Under the pieces are notes generated by a model. That model was not told the origin of the DNA. It saw only the letters and a list, made by a program, of their open reading frames with translations, and did not search any database. A program made the translations under genes and the position numbers. DNA of 64,000 nucleotides from Ranitomeya imitator (taxonomy: Eukaryota): positions 1,016,924,001-1,016,988,000 of the forward strand of contig NC_091282.1 in the NCBI RefSeq assembly GCF_032444005.1. Direction: 5' to 3'. Each line of letters starts with the position of its first letter. Position 1 is the first letter of the stretch. This document shows positions 61,085-64,000 of this stretch, piece by piece.

Positions 61085-61950
61085 CATCTTTTACATTTTA
61101 AAAATTACATAAAGGGTAATGAGCCGATGCAAAAGTTTGGGCTCCCTGCTTGGTTAGTACCTAGTAGCACCAACTTCTGCAAATACTGTATCACAACTTG
61201 TAAATGCTTTATTTAGTCAACCAAGAGTCTTTCAATTTTTTTTAGGGATTTTCATCCATTCTTCCTTGGAAAATTCTTCCATTTCTGTGAGATTCCTGTG
61301 TCATCTTGAATGCACTGCTATTTTGAGGTCTAGCCACAGATTTTCAATGATGTTCACATCAGGGGACTGTGAGGGTCATTGTAAGACCTTCAGCTTGCAC
61401 CTTTTTAGGTAGTCTATTGTGGATTTTGATGTGTGCTTAGGATCATTATTAGTGATGAGCGAGCGTGCTCAAATGAGGAGTTATCCGAGTACGCTCGTGT
61501 CCTAATCGAGTATTTTTGGCAAACTTGAAAAAAAAAATGCTTGAGTCGCTTCGGATGCATGCTCGTGGCTATTCGACAGCCGCAACACATGTAGGGATTG
61601 CCTAACAAACAGAAAATCCCTGCATGTGTTGCGGCTGTTGAACAGCGGCGAAAAATTCAGGTGCTGTGACTCCAGCATTTTTTTAGCACACCAAAAATAC
61701 TCGATTAGGACACGAGTTTGCTCTGATTATCCGAGCACACTCGCTCATCACTAATCATTATCCATTTGTAAAAGCCTTTCAATTTGTTGAAATTGAATTG
61801 AAACCATTCTTCCCCTCTGACCATAAAATGTTCCTTGTGCCATTGGCTACAATACAATCCCAAAGCATGATTGAGCCACCCTCCATGCTTAATGGTTGGC
61901 GAGATTTTATTTTCCTGAAATTCTGTGCCCTTTTGTTCTGGACTGACCTA
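60906..61950 (-). mobile_element. Truncated, degraded Tc1 element
   Basis: TA|CAGTGGCATGTAAAAGTTTGGGCAC end, a GGSIMLWDC remnant and an embedded (TA)n. Confidence 0.7.
61450..61753. mobile_element. hAT MITE
   Basis: TIR TAGTGATGAGCGAG/CTCGCTCATCACTA and a perfect 8-bp TSD ATCATTAT. A degraded relative lies at 17029-17280. Confidence 0.9.
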
Positions 61951-62086
61951 AGTTGGAGTAGTGGTATTGCAACCACTAGAGGCAGCACTGGCAGGTAGCA
62001 TAATCAGGGATAGCCAAGAAGTCGGTACACATGAGCAGCAATGTAGTTTAAAGGAGCAGCGCATAGCATAGTCAGGGATAGCCAAG

Positions 62087-62840
62087 TGTTGTGAATTCTG
62101 TGGCTGAATTCACTCCTGTGGTCACAAGTGGTATTGCAGCCTCTGGGCTTCCTCCCTCAGGTGTTTTGGTGAGCTCGTTGGCTGCCTTGCTATTTAACTC
62201 CACCTGAGTCTGTCTTCCTTGCTCCTTGTCAATGTTCCAGTGTTGGATCTGAGCTACTGCATCTTTCCTGTGGCCTGCTGCTCTGCTAGATAAGTGTTAC
62301 TTTGTTTTTGTTTCCGTTTTTTCTGTCCAGCTGTGCTATTCTCTTTTGCTGGAAGCTCTGAGACGCAAAGGGTGCACCGCCGTGCCGTTAGTTCGGCACG
62401 GTGGGTCTTTTTGCCCCCCTTTGCGTGGTTCTGCTTTAGGGTTTTTTGTAGACTGCATAGTTCTCTTTGCTATCCTCGCTCTGTCTAGAATATCGGGCCT
62501 CACTTTGCTGAATCTATTTCATTCCTACGTTTTGTCTTTTCATCTTGCTAACAGTCATTATATGTGGGGGGCTGCCTATTCCTTTGGGGTATTTCTCTGA
62601 GGCAAGTCAGGCTTGTATTTCTATCTTCAGGCTAGTCAGCTCCTCAGGCAGTGCCGAGTTGCATAGGTAGTGTTAGGCGCAATCCACTGCTGCTTTTAGT
62701 TGTGTGAGGATAGGTTCAGGTATTGCAGTCTGCAGAGATTCCACGTCTCAGAGCTTGTTCTATTGTTTTTGGGTTATTGCCATATCACTGTATGTGCGCT
62801 GATTACTGCACACTGTGTTGCCTGATAGCACAGCATAACA
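62087..62840 (+). mobile_element. 5' LTR (754 bp) of a Ty3/Gypsy retrotransposon
   Basis: TGTTG...TAACA termini, TATA-like TATTTAA at 62191, followed by a leader and gag. Confidence 0.88.
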
Positions 62841-62983
62841 GTACAAGGAGCCCAAACCAATGATTCTCAATAGAGGGAAAAAAGAAGTCCTGACATCATT
62901 TTTTTTTCCTCAGCTCTGTCTTCAGTTTTTTTTTTTTTTTTTTTCCCCTAGACATTAGAGTGCTTCAGGACACAGCTGTGGAC

Positions 62984-64000
62984 ATGGATATTCAGGCTCT
63001 GTGCTCCTCAATGGATAATCTCGTTATAAATGTACAAAAGATTCAAGATACAATTGATCAGAAATCTATGCTAGAACCAAGAATTCCTATTCCTGATTTG
63101 TTTTTTGGTGACAGAACTAAGTTCCTGAGCTTCAAAAATAATTGTAAGCTATTTCTGGCCTTGAAACCTCATTCTTCTGGTAATCCTATTCAACAGGTTT
63201 TGATTATTATTTCTTTTTTGCGCAGCGACCCACAGGACTGGGCGTTTTCTCTTGCGCCAGGAGACCCTGCATTGAGTAATGTTGATGCGTTTTTCCAGGC
63301 GCTTGGATTGCTTTACGATGAGCCTAATTCAGTGGATCAGGCTGAGAAAAATTTGCTGGCTTTATGCCAGGGTCAGGATGATGTAGAAGTATATTGTCAG
63401 AAATTTAGGAAGTGGTCAGTACTCACTCTGTGGAATGAATCTGCACTGGCGGCTTGGTTCAGAAAGGGTCTCTCTGAAGCTCTTAAGGATGTCATGGTGG
63501 GATTTCCTATGCCTGCTGGTTTGAATGAGTCTATGTCCTTGGCCATTCAGATCGGTCGTCGCTTGCGCGAGCGTAAATCTGTGCACCATCTGGCGGTATT
63601 GTCTGAGAGTAAACCTGAGCCTATGCAGTGCGACAGGACTATGACTAAAGTTGAACGGCAAGAACACAGACGTCTGAACAGGCTGTGTTTCTACTGTGGT
63701 GATTCCACTCATGCTATTTCTAATTGTCCTAAGCGCACTAGGTGGTTCGATAGCTCTGCCGTCATTGGTACTGTACAGTCCAAATTCCTTCTGTCCATTA
63801 CCTTGATATGCTCTTTGTCATCGTATTCTGTCATGGCGTTTGTGGATTCAGGCGCTGCCCTGAATCTGATGGATTTGGATTATGCTAAACGTTGTGGATT
63901 TTTCTTGGAGCCTTTGCGGTGTCCTATTCCGTTGAGAGGAATTGATGCTACACCTTTGGCCAAGAATAAGCCTCAGTACTGGGCCCAGCTGACCATGTGC
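62984..64000 (+). CDS. Gypsy (Tf1/sushi-like) gag-protease polyprotein, open to the window end
   Basis: 339 uninterrupted codons, absent from the ORF track presumably because there is no stop: EPRIPIPDLFFGDR, QG...VE.Y...F, CFYCGDSTHAISNC zinc knuckle and FVDSGA aspartic protease, all in one frame. Confidence 0.93.
   Translation, partial: MDIQALCSSMDNLVINVQKIQDTIDQKSMLEPRIPIPDLFFGDRTKFLSFKNNCKLFLALKPHSSGNPIQQVLIIISFLRSDPQDWAFSLAPGDPALSNVDAFFQALGLLYDEPNSVDQAEKNLLALCQGQDDVEVYCQKFRKWSVLTLWNESALAAWFRKGLSEALKDVMVGFPMPAGLNESMSLAIQIGRRLRERKSVHHLAVLSESKPEPMQCDRTMTKVERQEHRRLNRLCFYCGDSTHAISNCPKRTRWFDSSAVIGTVQSKFLLSITLICSLSSYSVMAFVDSGAALNLMDLDYAKRCGFFLEPLRCPIPLRGIDATPLAKNKPQYWAQLTMC

Overview
Vertebrate genomic DNA, most likely an anuran (frog); the taxon is inferred from the TE repertoire (Kolobok/T2 MITEs, DIRS1, Tc1, V-SINE). 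Two host genes lie tail-to-tail, as at the human SCOC-CLGN locus. SCOC (+) has a likely non-coding exon 1 near 2270-2361 and three coding exons giving an 82-aa protein. Calmegin CLGN (-) contributes its last 8 coding exons (60184 down to 23384); its 5' part lies beyond the window. SCOC intron 1 is mostly a 9-kb array of about 128 copies of a 71-bp satellite that develops a 20/21-mer higher-order repeat. The introns hold nested mobile elements: a dead DIRS1 element with a solo LTR inside it, an intact 340-aa DD34E Tc1, several broken Tc1s, Helitrons, hAT/Harbinger/Kolobok/TTAA elements, a V-SINE, Penelope-like fragments, and the 5' end of a Tf1/sushi-type Gypsy element. Unexplained-structure highlights: (1) a canonical minimal hammerhead ribozyme at 731-775; (2) a head-to-head pair of variant-core hammerhead-like motifs (CCGUAGAA) inside a 320-bp fold-back at 48129-48451; (3) a tRNA-independent self-priming signature in the Gypsy element, with a testable covariation prediction from a related solo LTR; (4) an M-box (AGTCATGTG) in nearly every satellite unit within an autophagy gene; (5) a TTAA transposon carrying telomere-like repeats. 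All calls were made by eye, with no database searches or folding runs.
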